Shown: one piece after another, positions 12,252 to 23,182 of the stretch
Numbering within the stretch: the first letter of the stretch is position 1
Layout of the letters: every line of letters starts with the position of its first letter
Assembly (NCBI GenBank): GCA_965242865.1
Contig: CBDETK010000008.1
Span: 64,001-128,000 of the forward strand
Reading direction: 5' to 3'
Length of the DNA: 64,000 nt
From: Candidatus Latescibacterota bacterium
GTDB lineage: Bacteria; Latescibacterota; UBA2968; UBA8231
Made by a program: the position numbers and the translations under genes
Notes under the pieces: generated by a model
Told to the model about the DNA's origin: nothing
Databases searched by the model: none
What the model saw: only the letters and a program-made list of their open reading frames with translations

Positions 12252-12755
12252 TTAATCGGGAGCCGGAGCCTTCCAGCGCGACAACGATGGCTGTACCGTC
12301 CTGCACGATTCCAGAGTCAGGTCCCTCCGCAAATGACTGGGACCGCCCGTGGGCTCTCCCTTGCCGGCAGCAACTGCCAAGCACAGGTCACTGTTGGCTA
12401 ACTTGATCCGGCCGTCGGCCTCGACCACGAAGCGTTGCGATCCTGAAGCACCGCAGGGCGCGAGCGAGACGCTCGCTCCGGCACGTGCGGACGATGCCTC
12501 GGCGCAACGGTCGTACGCCTTCATGTAAAGCTGGCCAGCCTCCGGGTGGTTAGGCGTGAACAGCTCGTCCGCGGCACCCGGCTTGCAGGTGTGCGCCATC
12601 AATGGCGCGTCGAGGTTCACCCGATTACGGAACCCTGGAACATCGACGCAGTAGAACTGGGGCTCGTCCAGAGGATCGATCAACTGGATCAGCCCCTCGG
12701 CACCCACTAACGGAAGTGCCCCCGCAACGGCGATCAATACAGCGGCTCTGCGCAT
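12252..12755 (-). CDS. Secreted ricin-B (beta-trefoil) lectin-like protein
   Basis: Signal peptide; YCVDV, RCAEA, SQRF, LCLAV and SRW repeats with Cys pairs. Confidence 0.75.
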   Translation of the reverse strand: MRRAAVLIAVAGALPLVGAEGLIQLIDPLDEPQFYCVDVPGFRNRVNLDAPLMAHTCKPGAADELFTPNHPEAGQLYMKAYDRCAEASSARAGASVSLAPCGASGSQRFVVEADGRIKLANSDLCLAVAAGKGEPTGGPSHLRRDLTLESCRTVQPSLSRWKAPAPD

Positions 12756-12883
12756 GCTGGCCATTGTAATGGCACCGCCCAGTGGTGCCTCGGCTCCGGC
12801 GGGACCGAAACCAGTGCCGTGGGGGCGCGGCCTCGGATGGTTCGTAGCCCTGCCTTGAGTCGCTCCGGTGGTATCATTCCGGC

Positions 12884-14083
12884 GTGCGCCAGCAACTGAT
12901 CTATCTCCTCCTTGTCGGCGGTCTTTGCGCGGGCGCATTCGCAGCCTCCGCTCCGGTCGAATTTCAAACGCACGTCATCGAAGCCGAGATGCCCGGCGGA
13001 TACGCCGTACTCGTCGCCGACTTGAATGACGACGGCCGCCCTGACGTGCTCGGGATGACGTCCCGCATCAAGGAACTCCCTTGGTACGAGAATCCGTCCT
13101 GGCAACGGCATGTCTTGCAGAAGGACCTCAACGGATTAGTCAACATGGCTGCTCACGACATCGACGGCGATGGCATTCCGGAACTCGCTATCGAGAACGA
13201 ATTCAGCATGGTCGCCGCCAAGAGCCGGGGCCTCGTGTGGTTGCTCGAGCATCAAGGAGACCCGCGGGAACCATGGAAGTCCGTGCCTGTCGACGAACTG
13301 ACGACCTCCCACCACGTGGCGTGGGCCGATGTCGATGGGAATGGCGACAAGGAGCTCATCAATGCCCCGCTCATCGGGTCCGAGGCGCTAGCGCCGAAGT
13401 ACGAGGACAACGTTCCGCTGGTGTACTACCACGTGCCCCCGGAACGTCGCGGACCTTGGAAGCGGTTGCTGATTGATGACACGCTCAGAGGTGTCCTGCA
13501 CCGCGTGCGGGTTGTCCAGTGGGATGCCGATCCCCGCGAAGAACTGCTGACCGCTGGATTCGACGGCATCACGTTGCACGATCCCACCGGGACGGGAACC
13601 GAAATCCGGTGGCAGAACACGCTGCTGTCCCCAGGCCGCGCGCCGGAACCGAAGACCGCCGGAGCGAGCGATGTGGCGATGGGGAACCTAAACGGAACGA
13701 GGATGTTGACTTCGGTCGAGCCATGGCACGGCAACGAGGTCGTGGTCTATACGGAAGCCGCTGATGGCCGCTGGCAGCGCAAGGTCATCTACGACCGCTT
13801 GACGGAGGGCCACGAAGTCTGCGTCGGAGACTTCAACGGCGACGGCCGCGACGACATCGTCGCCGGAGACCGTGCGCGGGGCGAAATCGCGGGTTCGCAT
13901 GTGTTCTTCGCGCAAGACGACGCTGGTTCGGAGTGGCTCCACCAAGACCTCGATCCGATGGGCATGTCGGCTTCCGGCTGCGCGGTAGCGGATCTGAATG
14001 GCGACGGACGATTGGATGTCGTTCAGATCGGCGGCGCGACGAAGAACATCAAGTGGTACGAGAACCTAGGGACCGAGCGCTGA
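12884..14083 (+). CDS. Secreted FG-GAP/VCBS repeat beta-propeller protein
   Basis: Signal peptide; repeated D-x-[ND]-x-D-G Ca-binding motifs. Confidence 0.88.
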   Translation: MRQQLIYLLLVGGLCAGAFAASAPVEFQTHVIEAEMPGGYAVLVADLNDDGRPDVLGMTSRIKELPWYENPSWQRHVLQKDLNGLVNMAAHDIDGDGIPELAIENEFSMVAAKSRGLVWLLEHQGDPREPWKSVPVDELTTSHHVAWADVDGNGDKELINAPLIGSEALAPKYEDNVPLVYYHVPPERRGPWKRLLIDDTLRGVLHRVRVVQWDADPREELLTAGFDGITLHDPTGTGTEIRWQNTLLSPGRAPEPKTAGASDVAMGNLNGTRMLTSVEPWHGNEVVVYTEAADGRWQRKVIYDRLTEGHEVCVGDFNGDGRDDIVAGDRARGEIAGSHVFFAQDDAGSEWLHQDLDPMGMSASGCAVADLNGDGRLDVVQIGGATKNIKWYENLGTER

Positions 14084-14346
14084 CAACGCTCTCCACGTAG
14101 CACCGAGGATCGATTCTTCTCCGCCCCTGCCAGCTGCCCGTGCTCGTACTTCGAGCCACGGCGGTAGCTGTCGGGTCTTGCCCAGGTATCGGGTTCCCGT
14201 GACCCGCTCAGTTCAGCCCGTTGCACTTGGACTGCCACGACACCGCCACAGTCGACCGCATGATGTCGAGCCACCGCCCTTGAGGGTGTTGTCATTGAAC
14301 GGGCTGTGTGGTATCGTGGGAACTCAAGAGCGAAGTGGCGGATACT

Positions 14347-15531
14347 ATGGTACAACCTGAGCTGACGGTGACGGAGCGGACTGCAAGGGCCGGTGTGGAT
14401 GCCCTGAGGGTTCGGAGTTTATCTGTCGATGGGTATCGAGGATTCCATGCATTACGTATCGGCGACCTAGGTCGCGTAAACTTAATCACAGGCCGAAATA
14501 ACACGGGCAAGACATCCCTTCTTGAGGCGATTCGAATTCTTGTCCACCGAGCCTCACCCCGCGTGATTCATGAAGTCGTCAGCTATAGGGAAGGAATTGA
14601 ACTCGATGACAAGCAAGCACCATACTCAACAGGTCAGCCGCCATTAGTTGCGAAACTATTCAATGGATACCCGTTCCGTATTTCCAATCAGACTCTCGAT
14701 CAGGTCATTGTTTCTATCAAAACAGAGGGCACTCTTATTCCTTCGACTATAACGATGCAACTAGCCAATGTTGTACCCAGTGAATGCAATCAGAAATCAA
14801 CCGTGATCGAAGGGCAGTATCGCGATGGTGACATCGTCTTGGTGGTGGGAATCGACCACGAGCGGAAGGAACACCTTCTAAATTGGCCGTCAAGCAGTTG
14901 TGGCCGAGATCAGGGCGAGAATTCGTTACAGTTTTCCTGTCAGGAAACGTTTGGTCCAGTCTGCCATTGTGTTGGTGTCGATGTGTACGGGGCGCAAGAC
15001 TTTTCCCGTTTAGGCAAGCTATGGGACAGTATCGTGCTATCGAAGGACCAAGACCTTGTAATTCAATGCCTTAACATTATCGAACCGAAGATTACCGGAG
15101 TTTCAATGATCAGTGATGGCCACAACTCGGATCATCGGAGGCCGTTCGTTCGGATGTCTGACTCCGAGAGTCCAGTTACGCTCCGCTCAATGGGCATTGG
15201 AATTAGTCGATTATTTGAAATCATTGTATCTCTAGTTAACGCCCGTAGCGGATTCTTGTTGATCGAAGAACTCGATAGAGGACTTCACTATGGTGTTCAT
15301 TTCGAAGTCTGGAAAATGATCTTGAGGCTGGCTCGCGAGCTTGATGCTCAAGTTTTTGCGACTTCCCACAGCGGGGATGCGGTCAAGGCATTTTGTCGTG
15401 CCAACGCCGAGGATACCTTTCACCATGGTGCTCTGATAAAGCTCGAGCGGATCCGCGGAGAGATTGTATCCACAGTCTTCTTCGGAGACGAGTTGGACAT
15501 CATCGCTCGTCACCAAATCGAGGTACGATAA
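14347..15531 (+). CDS. ABC-type AAA_15/AAA_21 ATPase (defence/TA associated), lower GC
   Basis: Walker A GRNNTGKT; signature-like SMGIG; Walker B LLIEELDRGLH; H-loop ATSHS. Confidence 0.85.
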   Translation: MVQPELTVTERTARAGVDALRVRSLSVDGYRGFHALRIGDLGRVNLITGRNNTGKTSLLEAIRILVHRASPRVIHEVVSYREGIELDDKQAPYSTGQPPLVAKLFNGYPFRISNQTLDQVIVSIKTEGTLIPSTITMQLANVVPSECNQKSTVIEGQYRDGDIVLVVGIDHERKEHLLNWPSSSCGRDQGENSLQFSCQETFGPVCHCVGVDVYGAQDFSRLGKLWDSIVLSKDQDLVIQCLNIIEPKITGVSMISDGHNSDHRRPFVRMSDSESPVTLRSMGIGISRLFEIIVSLVNARSGFLLIEELDRGLHYGVHFEVWKMILRLARELDAQVFATSHSGDAVKAFCRANAEDTFHHGALIKLERIRGEIVSTVFFGDELDIIARHQIEVR

Positions 15532-15877
15532 CGCGAAGCGGGCCTTACATGGTCGACACACAGTCGCTCGGTGTCGATGCTGGCCATGAAAAACCCGACA
15601 TAGGCTTGCGAGAAGAACGGAAATGTGACGCGAAGAGCGGACTGCCGGGGCCGTCTGAATCCAAGCCCACGTTCAAACTGACGTAGAGACGCAGCTAGCG
15701 AATCCGGGCAATCGTTGGTCAGGAGTTGTTGGCGGAAGCGTCGGCGTGGATCCGCATGCGCGGTCATGCGATTCCAGTTGCACCTAGAAGAGGCGACCTT
15801 ACGCGCACCGCTCAGACTTGCTGTGCATTTGCGCCTGATGCGACCCTCGTTGCGTCACCTATCCGTCCTCACATGGA

Positions 15878-18721
15878 TCAATGCACGCCGATTCGAGTGG
15901 GCTTGCCGCCATGGACGGATGGTTCGGCGCACCATTGATTTCGCAGCAGGTCAAGCCCTTCCGCCAAGTCGGGGTCGAACTGCAGCAGACTCGCTCTCCC
16001 GAAGAACAGGGCGCTATCGAGTGCCTTGCGTGTCGCGTCACGGTACGCCTCGTTCGCGGGCTGGAACACCCTGTCCTTGAACTCCTCGAATATCGTGCGA
16101 CAGCGATCCGTTTGGTCTCCGGTCAATGTGCGAGGGTCGAGCACGGGCAGTTCGGGGAGTTTGGTAATGGTGATCCGCGCCCGTCCCTGCTGCTGCCTTG
16201 TCCCTTGCCACCAGAAAAGGATCAGTCCCAATGTCGAATTGGACCAGAGCAGAAGGGGAATCTCGTATCGCTGTTCGTGCGGAATCACGTTCGGCCATGC
16301 AGTTCCGCCTAGGCACTTCTCCGGTGTCAGGCACATGGCGAGGCTCTGGGAGTTCAGCCGGAAGTCCAGGTTTGAGTGCAGGCGAGAGGCCGCTTGATGC
16401 CAACGCTCGGCCGCTCGCGCCTCGTCCCCCGCCCGGGGCTCTCCGCAACGGTCGGGCTGCACTACGAAGCTTCGCTGGTGATCGGCAGAGTGCCTCCAGA
16501 GTATTGGGTACGTCGGTACCTCGCCGGACCGGGTGAGACGCACGACGAACGGGCCTTGCGGCGGACCGGTCTTGTGTCGGTCCGTGGGGCCGCCACTGAT
16601 GTCCCTATGCACGAGACCCCGCTTCGCGACAGCGCCTAGCGTGACGATGGGCAGATCAATTCCCCGCGACTGCCGCGGTAGGCACAGGTTCCCCGAAGCG
16701 AGGTTGCGAGCGGCCTCGATGACGCTATTGGAGCGGATGCCTGCAGCCCCCGCGTCGCGAATGTCGCCGGTCACGACGCGTCGCCTCGCTGATCTCGCTT
16801 CCAAGGCGGCGGCGAGGAGCGTCGCGGGCCGTGCAGCGAGGTTGGAGAACATCGTGCGAGGGGAACCGCTCTTCCGCTTGGTGGCTACGACAAGGCACTC
16901 CGCCATGCCCGTGTCCGCCGAGAATGCGCTCGCCGTTGCTCCCGTCGCAGCGATTGATGTGACGTGAATCTCTCCGTAGGATCCGGCAAGCGTTTCGCGC
17001 GCCCCCTTCCACGCCTCGCCGCGGACGAACGCGAACGGGAGCACCGCGGCGAGCACGCCGCCGTCCCGCAGCTTGCGATGCGCCAAGTCCAAGAAATTCG
17101 AGGCGAGACCGGCATGGCCGCTGCCAAACCCCCCGCCAGCTTGCTTGAGCTTGCGTTGCATCGCGGCTTGCTCGTCGTGCGAGGTATTGAAGCCCGCGAA
17201 TGACGGCACCGGTATGTCGGCATGGTGGGCTTCGTGGTTCGTGGGCCGCGTGAACGGGGGATTCATGATGACCAAGTCGCAGGATTCGTCCTTGATCGTG
17301 ACGGAGTGCTCGCGTCGGCTGTCCGCTGCCCGGCCGCCGAGCGACTCGCCCGTGGCGAACAGTGAGAAGGAATGATCGGAATCGAGGAAATCCAAGGCAC
17401 CGATGTGCGTCCGGCCACCGCTGATGCCGTAGGGCACCGTGTGAATCTGCGATTCGCCGTAGACGAGCGAGGGGTGGGTGCTGGAGAGCATCGAGCAGGT
17501 CAAGTGTGTCGCGGCGGGCATGATGTCCAGACCGACCAAGACGCGCTCCATCATGGCCTTGTGCAAGAGCTTGTCATCGCCGCCCGCCCGGCGGTATCGC
17601 CGGTAGATGGCCCGCTGGGTGGCGGAGAGCAAGGCCCCCGTGCCGCACGCGAAATCCGCGACGCGCAGGTTTTCGACAGCGGCTTGGTCTGTCCAGTCCA
17701 CGCCTAGCCGGTTGATCGCCAGTTCCGCGAGCAGGCACGCGGACGGCGGCAAAGTGTAGAAGGTGGCGAGGAACTTCCGATCCGCGATCAGAGTCTGGAA
17801 CATCCGTCCCGTCAAGTCGTGGTAGCTGGTCGCTCCGAGCTTCGTCAGTTCGGGGATAGCCGCCGTGAATAGTTCCATGACCCACCACACGAGCTTGGTG
17901 GGCATTCGTTCCACTACCTCGCAAGCGATGCCGAAGATCGGGTAGTAGTTCACATCGAGGATTCGTCTCCAAGCCCGCAGCAGGAAAGATTTGTTTACCA
18001 CCGGTTCATGTATGGGAAGGGGCGGAATCCCCGGCTGGCCTTCGATCGCCGCGTGAAAGACGCAGGCCGAGACGCAGATCGCAGCGGCCATGCGTTCGGT
18101 CTGCTTGCCGGGTGCTTGATGCAACGTCTGCGCGATTTCTTCCAGAATGCGGTCGGTGGCTCGCTCGGCCAACCGATCCGACGATTGACTCACCACCCGT
18201 TCGAGAACCTCTGTCCCGAGCGCGAGCTGCCGTTCCGAGAGCGACAGGTACTCGATGGCGTCGGCGAGGTCGTCCACACCCCCCTCCAGCCATTCCCGAC
18301 CGGTCGGCCACCGCCTGCCGATTCCGCCGGAATCCAAGTAATAGGTGGCATAGCGGAACGGCGCATCCTCGATGGCTTCGAGATCACCTGTCCTCAGGCT
18401 CTCGGGCAAGACGACGGCCAAGACGCCTTCGATCCCGGATCCGCCCTGTTTCAAAATCGTTCCCAACCGAGCGGTCGCGTCTTTCTCGACGCTCGGGGCA
18501 GGGGCGAACTCCGTCTCCACGATCACCGCCTGCCGGTTTGGCGCGGCGACGAGAATGTCCGGCCTCATGCCCGCCCCGCTGCCCATGCCCGGCGTGGCTT
18601 GTTGAATCACTCGGGTGCGCTCGGCGTGAACGGTCTTGGCGTTCCAGTCGGGATTCCGCTTGCACAGCGCGCGAGCCAACTCGCCGTTCGCCTGCGTTTC
18701 CGTGTTCCACGGTTCATTCAT
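15878..18721 (-). CDS. Type IIG-like fused restriction endonuclease / N6-adenine methyltransferase
   Basis: N-terminal RPDILV...VETE (PD-D/ExK-like); motif I DFACGTG; motif IV NPPF. Confidence 0.85.
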   Translation of the reverse strand: MNEPWNTETQANGELARALCKRNPDWNAKTVHAERTRVIQQATPGMGSGAGMRPDILVAAPNRQAVIVETEFAPAPSVEKDATARLGTILKQGGSGIEGVLAVVLPESLRTGDLEAIEDAPFRYATYYLDSGGIGRRWPTGREWLEGGVDDLADAIEYLSLSERQLALGTEVLERVVSQSSDRLAERATDRILEEIAQTLHQAPGKQTERMAAAICVSACVFHAAIEGQPGIPPLPIHEPVVNKSFLLRAWRRILDVNYYPIFGIACEVVERMPTKLVWWVMELFTAAIPELTKLGATSYHDLTGRMFQTLIADRKFLATFYTLPPSACLLAELAINRLGVDWTDQAAVENLRVADFACGTGALLSATQRAIYRRYRRAGGDDKLLHKAMMERVLVGLDIMPAATHLTCSMLSSTHPSLVYGESQIHTVPYGISGGRTHIGALDFLDSDHSFSLFATGESLGGRAADSRREHSVTIKDESCDLVIMNPPFTRPTNHEAHHADIPVPSFAGFNTSHDEQAAMQRKLKQAGGGFGSGHAGLASNFLDLAHRKLRDGGVLAAVLPFAFVRGEAWKGARETLAGSYGEIHVTSIAATGATASAFSADTGMAECLVVATKRKSGSPRTMFSNLAARPATLLAAALEARSARRRVVTGDIRDAGAAGIRSNSVIEAARNLASGNLCLPRQSRGIDLPIVTLGAVAKRGLVHRDISGGPTDRHKTGPPQGPFVVRLTRSGEVPTYPILWRHSADHQRSFVVQPDRCGEPRAGDEARAAERWHQAASRLHSNLDFRLNSQSLAMCLTPEKCLGGTAWPNVIPHEQRYEIPLLLWSNSTLGLILFWWQGTRQQQGRARITITKLPELPVLDPRTLTGDQTDRCRTIFEEFKDRVFQPANEAYRDATRKALDSALFFGRASLLQFDPDLAEGLDLLRNQWCAEPSVHGGKPTRIGVH

Positions 18722-19242
18722 GTCGTGAATGCTCTCGTGCGCGTTGCCGCGCTGGCTGCCGCACGACTCCCTGCGCTGGCTGCCGAATGCATTTCCCAGA
18801 ACTGCTTCAGTCCAGTTGCTGCCGGGTGGATGGCGATTCTTCTTGCTCGCAAGCCAGCTTGCTCAACTCGATGGACATTTGGCTGCGGGCAGTTCATTTC
18901 GGATGCCATCGTAGGGCGATTGACACTGCGGCCGCTCTGCCAGCTCGCTGCTGGAGATTGAGATTCTGAAATCCACCTGCAGTCCACATACCTAGGTTGC
19001 GCCAATTCGATGATTGCGAACGTCCTATACGATTCCAGAGACTCCCGGCCGTCGCAAGGCACCCATTCCAGATCCATACTCGTCCCGTCGGTTCCCGTCG
19101 CTTCCCCCAACAACTTCATTGTCTCACAAGCCGCCGGCCGTGCGCTAGCAGCCGTTGCGCCGACAGGGACAATTCGACGTGACGCGGTCCTACCCACGAC
19201 TGCTATGTTGAAGACGCGCCAGGGTCTGGAGAGACCGGTCAG

Positions 19243-19791
19243 ATGACATTGTTCAGTGGATCAAATCGGCATCCCGAGAGACGGCCAGAGACCGAGGCCA
19301 GTCGGATTCTGGAGCGTTTCTGGAATCGGCGATGCATCCCCGTCGATCCATTCACGATCGCTCGACGGATGGGTCTTGAGGTCAAGCGCGGACCGCTCCC
19401 GCAAGACGTTTCCGGAGTCCTCCGCAAGATCCCCGGAGATGTAGCGGTTATCGTTCTTGAGGCTACGGACTCGTTGAACAGGAAGCGATTCACGTGTGTG
19501 CATGAGCTAGGCCACTATATACTCCGAGCGGGCGATGCAGACTACATTAATGTCGAGGGTTACGTGGAACTTCGGGGCACAGCCTCAACGCCGGGCGAGA
19601 TCTCGGATGAGGTCTTCGCCAATCAGTTCGCGGCATTCTTGCTGATGCCTCGCGAAGAGGTCGTGCGGCGCTTCAGGAGTGACAGGCAGGTGTATATGCT
19701 TGCTCCGCATTTTGGTGTTTCCGATGAGGCAATGCGCTATCACCTAGAGAACCTCAGGATGAAATCAGACAAAGTCCGGCGCGGGCAGTAG
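19243..19791 (+). CDS. ImmA/IrrE family metallo-endopeptidase
   Basis: RKRFTCVHELGH, ANQFAAFLLMP and FGVS motifs. Confidence 0.9.
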   Translation: MTLFSGSNRHPERRPETEASRILERFWNRRCIPVDPFTIARRMGLEVKRGPLPQDVSGVLRKIPGDVAVIVLEATDSLNRKRFTCVHELGHYILRAGDADYINVEGYVELRGTASTPGEISDEVFANQFAAFLLMPREEVVRRFRSDRQVYMLAPHFGVSDEAMRYHLENLRMKSDKVRRGQ

Positions 19792-20026
19792 AGATCAGTT
19801 TGATTGAGCTTGGCTGATCGTACGGTACGTGTTTACCGAGAGGAATATTCGGTAGAACGGCATCATCGGCTGCTTGGAAACTCAACCTGACCACGGCGCG
19901 CTAGAGGTCCACCTCGCTTCTGCAAGAGGTGTGCTGGCGAAAGGACCTCGGCAGTCAAATCCGCGGATCTAGGTCCCGCCGAGATGGGATCCCCACCCCG
20001 CAGGTCCAGCGCGGACCAAGCTTGGA

Positions 20027-21334
20027 TCAGGCGTGAGCGAGCCGCTCGAGGACCGAGCCGGAGCGGACGATAGTGTGCTCGCGTCCCGGCCCGGTCGAGA
20101 CGCCCCCGATCTCCACCTCGATGCGGTCTTCCAAGAACGTTAGGTAGTCCCGCGCGACCTGCGGGAGATCGTCGTATGCCTCGATGCCCGATGTCGAACT
20201 CCGCCAGCCAGGAAGTTCCTCGTAGACCGGTTCCACCGCTGCGTAATCCTCGGCGATCGCCGGCATCCAGTCCAGCGTCGCGCCCTTGTAGCGATATCCC
20301 GTGCAAACCGGGATCCTGTCCAAGTAGTCCAGTACGTCCAGCTTGGTGAGGAACAGCGTTGAAAGGTGATTGATCGAGTGGGCGTACCGCAGCAGCGGGA
20401 TGTCGAACCACCCGCAGCGCCTCGGGCGTCCGGTCACCGTGCCGTATTCCTTGCCGACTTCCCGCAGCTTGTCCGCTTCGGGTCCGAACAGTTCCGTCAC
20501 GAACGGCCCTTCCCCCACGCGCGTCGCGTAAGCCTTCGCCACGCCCGCGATCTCGTGCAGCAGTCGCGGCGAGACCCCGGATCCCGTGCAGAGCCCTCCC
20601 GCTGTCGCATTCGACGACGTGACGTATGGGTAGGTGCCGAAGTCAATGTCCAGCATCGTGGCTTGGGCACCCTCGAACAGCAGTCGCTTGCCCTGCTTCG
20701 TGGCGTCGTTGAGGTACTTGCCGGTGTCCGTCACGAACGGGCGCAAGCGGTCGGCGAAGTCTTGGTAGCGCTTCAGAGCGGCATCGACATCCCAAGGTTC
20801 TCCGATACCCGAGGCGTCCGCTAGCACACCCTTCTCCGTCGCGAGTGCGCGGAATCGGTCGGCGAATAGATCCATCGACAGCAGCTCGGCAACGCGAATC
20901 CCGCGTCTGCCGACCTTGTCTTCGTAGCAAGGGCCGATCCCGCGCGAAGTGGTGCCAATCTTGCGCTTGCCCGGCGTGGCCTCCGTCGACCGTTCCATCA
21001 CCGGGTGGTACGGCGAGACCACATGCGCTCTGTTGCTGATGATCAGGTTGCGCTCGACCTCGACTCCAAGGTCACGCAGAGTCTCGATTTCATTGAGGAG
21101 GGCCTCCGGATCGATCACAACCCCGTTTCCGACAACCGCCACCTTGCCGGGGCGGAGGATGCCGCTAGGCACTAGGGAGAGCTTGTATACCTGATCGCCA
21201 ACTTGAACGGTGTGGCCAGCGTTGTTGCCGCCTTGGCAGCGCACGACGATGTCGAAGTGCTCCGCGACCAGATCGATCAGCTTGCCCTTGCCCTCATCCC
21301 CCCACTGCAGACCCAAGACGGCAAGGTTAGGCAT
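20027..21334 (-). CDS. purA: Adenylosuccinate synthetase
   Basis: QWGDEGKGK, GGNNAGHT, GIGPCYEDK and TGRPRRCGWFD motifs. Confidence 0.98.
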   Translation of the reverse strand: MPNLAVLGLQWGDEGKGKLIDLVAEHFDIVVRCQGGNNAGHTVQVGDQVYKLSLVPSGILRPGKVAVVGNGVVIDPEALLNEIETLRDLGVEVERNLIISNRAHVVSPYHPVMERSTEATPGKRKIGTTSRGIGPCYEDKVGRRGIRVAELLSMDLFADRFRALATEKGVLADASGIGEPWDVDAALKRYQDFADRLRPFVTDTGKYLNDATKQGKRLLFEGAQATMLDIDFGTYPYVTSSNATAGGLCTGSGVSPRLLHEIAGVAKAYATRVGEGPFVTELFGPEADKLREVGKEYGTVTGRPRRCGWFDIPLLRYAHSINHLSTLFLTKLDVLDYLDRIPVCTGYRYKGATLDWMPAIAEDYAAVEPVYEELPGWRSSTSGIEAYDDLPQVARDYLTFLEDRIEVEIGGVSTGPGREHTIVRSGSVLERLAHA

Positions 21335-21459
21335 AGCTGTTCCTGTGGAATCCCGCCAAGTGCGGGGAAAGGGGACACCGGGCTCGCCTGCGATAGGGGC
21401 GTTAGGCCGCGGCTCTCCTCTTATTCTAGCCCCTCCAGAGGGAAACGGATCGTCGACGC

Positions 21460-23055
21460 TTAGCCGTCCTGCAGGGAGGGCGGGCCTTCGCGCCAGGCGT
21501 TCCAGAGTCGTTCGAGTCCTGCTACGCGCTCCGGCTGGGACCCGGCGAGATCGTTCAGTTCCGTCCCGTCGGCCTCCAAGTCATAGAGTTCCCATGGTTC
21601 GTCCCGGACAGCGACCAATTTCCACCGCCCCTGCCGAATCGCTCTGCCGCGGCTCCACTGCCAGTACAGTTCGCTCGGCGGCTCTCGCGAGCCGCCTTTG
21701 AGTACCGGCAGCAAACTGCGGCCATCCATGGGATGCACGGGCGAGCCATTGAATTCTGTCGGTTGCGCGACGCCAGCCGCTTCCAAGAACGTTGGCATCA
21801 AGTCGATCACGTGCGCCAATTGGTCGGTGATGCCTCCGGTATCGCCAATCACGTCCGGCCAGCGTGCGATCAGCGGGACGTTGATGCCGCCTTCGTGGTC
21901 ATGCTGCTTGTAGAGGCGGAAGGGCGTGTTGGACGCGTTCGCCCATCCGTATCCGTAGCTCTGGTAGGTGTCCTCGGGGCCCGGCATGACCTCCGGCACG
22001 TTGCCCGGCACGACCGGCCTCCCGTCCCGCGTTTGCTCCGGCAGGTACGGACCCTCGCGATCCGTCGTGTATTCGACATGGCAGCCGCCGTTGTCGACTT
22101 GGAAGACCACCAGCGTGTTGTCCGCTTCACCCGAGGCCTCGAGGAGGTCGAGCAGCTTGCCGATCCCGCGATCCATGCTCGTGACCTGCGCGGAATAGAC
22201 CTCCATCCGGCGTTGCTGCCACGCCTGGTGCGGCTCGTCCGACCAAGCGGGCACGCGCGGATTGCGCGGCGAGAGATCCCAAGCGGGGTTGACCATCCCG
22301 AGTTCCTTGGTCCGAGCGTGGCGCTCGAGGCGCAGGTCGTCCCAGCCCTTGGCGTAGCGGCCTTCGTAGTGCGCGACATCCTCCGGGAAGGCATGCAGCG
22401 GCCAGTGGGCCGCGGTATACGCGACATAGAGGAAGAACGGCCGATCTTGACTCAGTCCGTCTCGCATGAAGTCCAGGGCGTAGTCGGTGATCGCGTCGGT
22501 GTAGTAGAAGTCCGGATCCATGAAGAGATGCTCGGCCGGATCGTTGTCCAGCATCAGCGAAGCCGGCGTCCAGAAGCTCCCGGCACCCAGCATGGTTCCG
22601 AAGAACCGGTCAAATCCGCGCTCGCAGGGAAGGCTCTCGCGCCGCTCGTCGTTCGCAAGATGCCACTTGCCGCTCATGTAGGTCGCGTAGCCCGCGTCGC
22701 CGAGGGCCTCGGCGGCCGTGACCACGGATGGCGAGATGGCGCTCTCGTCCGTCAGCGCCTTGGTCGTGTAGCAGCCGCTCAGCAGAGATGCCCGGGTGGG
22801 CACGCACATGTTGTTGGTGTAGTAGCGCGTGAACCGCAGGCCTTGCGCCGCCAAGCGGTCCAGATGCGGTGTCTCGATCTCGCCGCCGTAGCACCCGAGG
22901 TCGGAATAGCCCATGTCGTCCGACATGATCATCACGATGTTGGGCCGCTTGGGCTCAGCTGGCGCGTCCGGACGCGAGCAACGAACCGCCGCCAATGGCG
23001 CAGCGAGCGCGCCGAGTTGCACGAACCGGCGCCGGTTGATGACGGAGAGATCCAT
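21460..23055 (-). CDS. Arylsulfatase, Tat-exported
   Basis: NRRRF Tat motif; DDMGYSD; formylglycine motif CVPTR; GKWHL. Confidence 0.93.
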   Translation of the reverse strand: MDLSVINRRRFVQLGALAAPLAAVRCSRPDAPAEPKRPNIVMIMSDDMGYSDLGCYGGEIETPHLDRLAAQGLRFTRYYTNNMCVPTRASLLSGCYTTKALTDESAISPSVVTAAEALGDAGYATYMSGKWHLANDERRESLPCERGFDRFFGTMLGAGSFWTPASLMLDNDPAEHLFMDPDFYYTDAITDYALDFMRDGLSQDRPFFLYVAYTAAHWPLHAFPEDVAHYEGRYAKGWDDLRLERHARTKELGMVNPAWDLSPRNPRVPAWSDEPHQAWQQRRMEVYSAQVTSMDRGIGKLLDLLEASGEADNTLVVFQVDNGGCHVEYTTDREGPYLPEQTRDGRPVVPGNVPEVMPGPEDTYQSYGYGWANASNTPFRLYKQHDHEGGINVPLIARWPDVIGDTGGITDQLAHVIDLMPTFLEAAGVAQPTEFNGSPVHPMDGRSLLPVLKGGSREPPSELYWQWSRGRAIRQGRWKLVAVRDEPWELYDLEADGTELNDLAGSQPERVAGLERLWNAWREGPPSLQDG

Positions 23056-23120
23056 TACGGAAACATCGTACCCCTACACCCGCCGGACCACATGATCGCA
23101 AGCGACTGTCTCACTGCCGC

Positions 23121-23156
23121 TCCGACTAACTCGGAGTATCATCCGAATTAGTCGGA
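23121..23156 (+). promoter_or_regulatory. Two tandem TCCGA-N5-TCGGA palindromes flanking a TATCAT -10 box
   Basis: TCCGACTAACTCGGA-GTATCA-TCCGAATTAGTCGGA upstream of ATG 23183. Confidence 0.55.
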
Positions 23157-23182
23157 CCATTTCGGAATTCGATTCGATTCGG

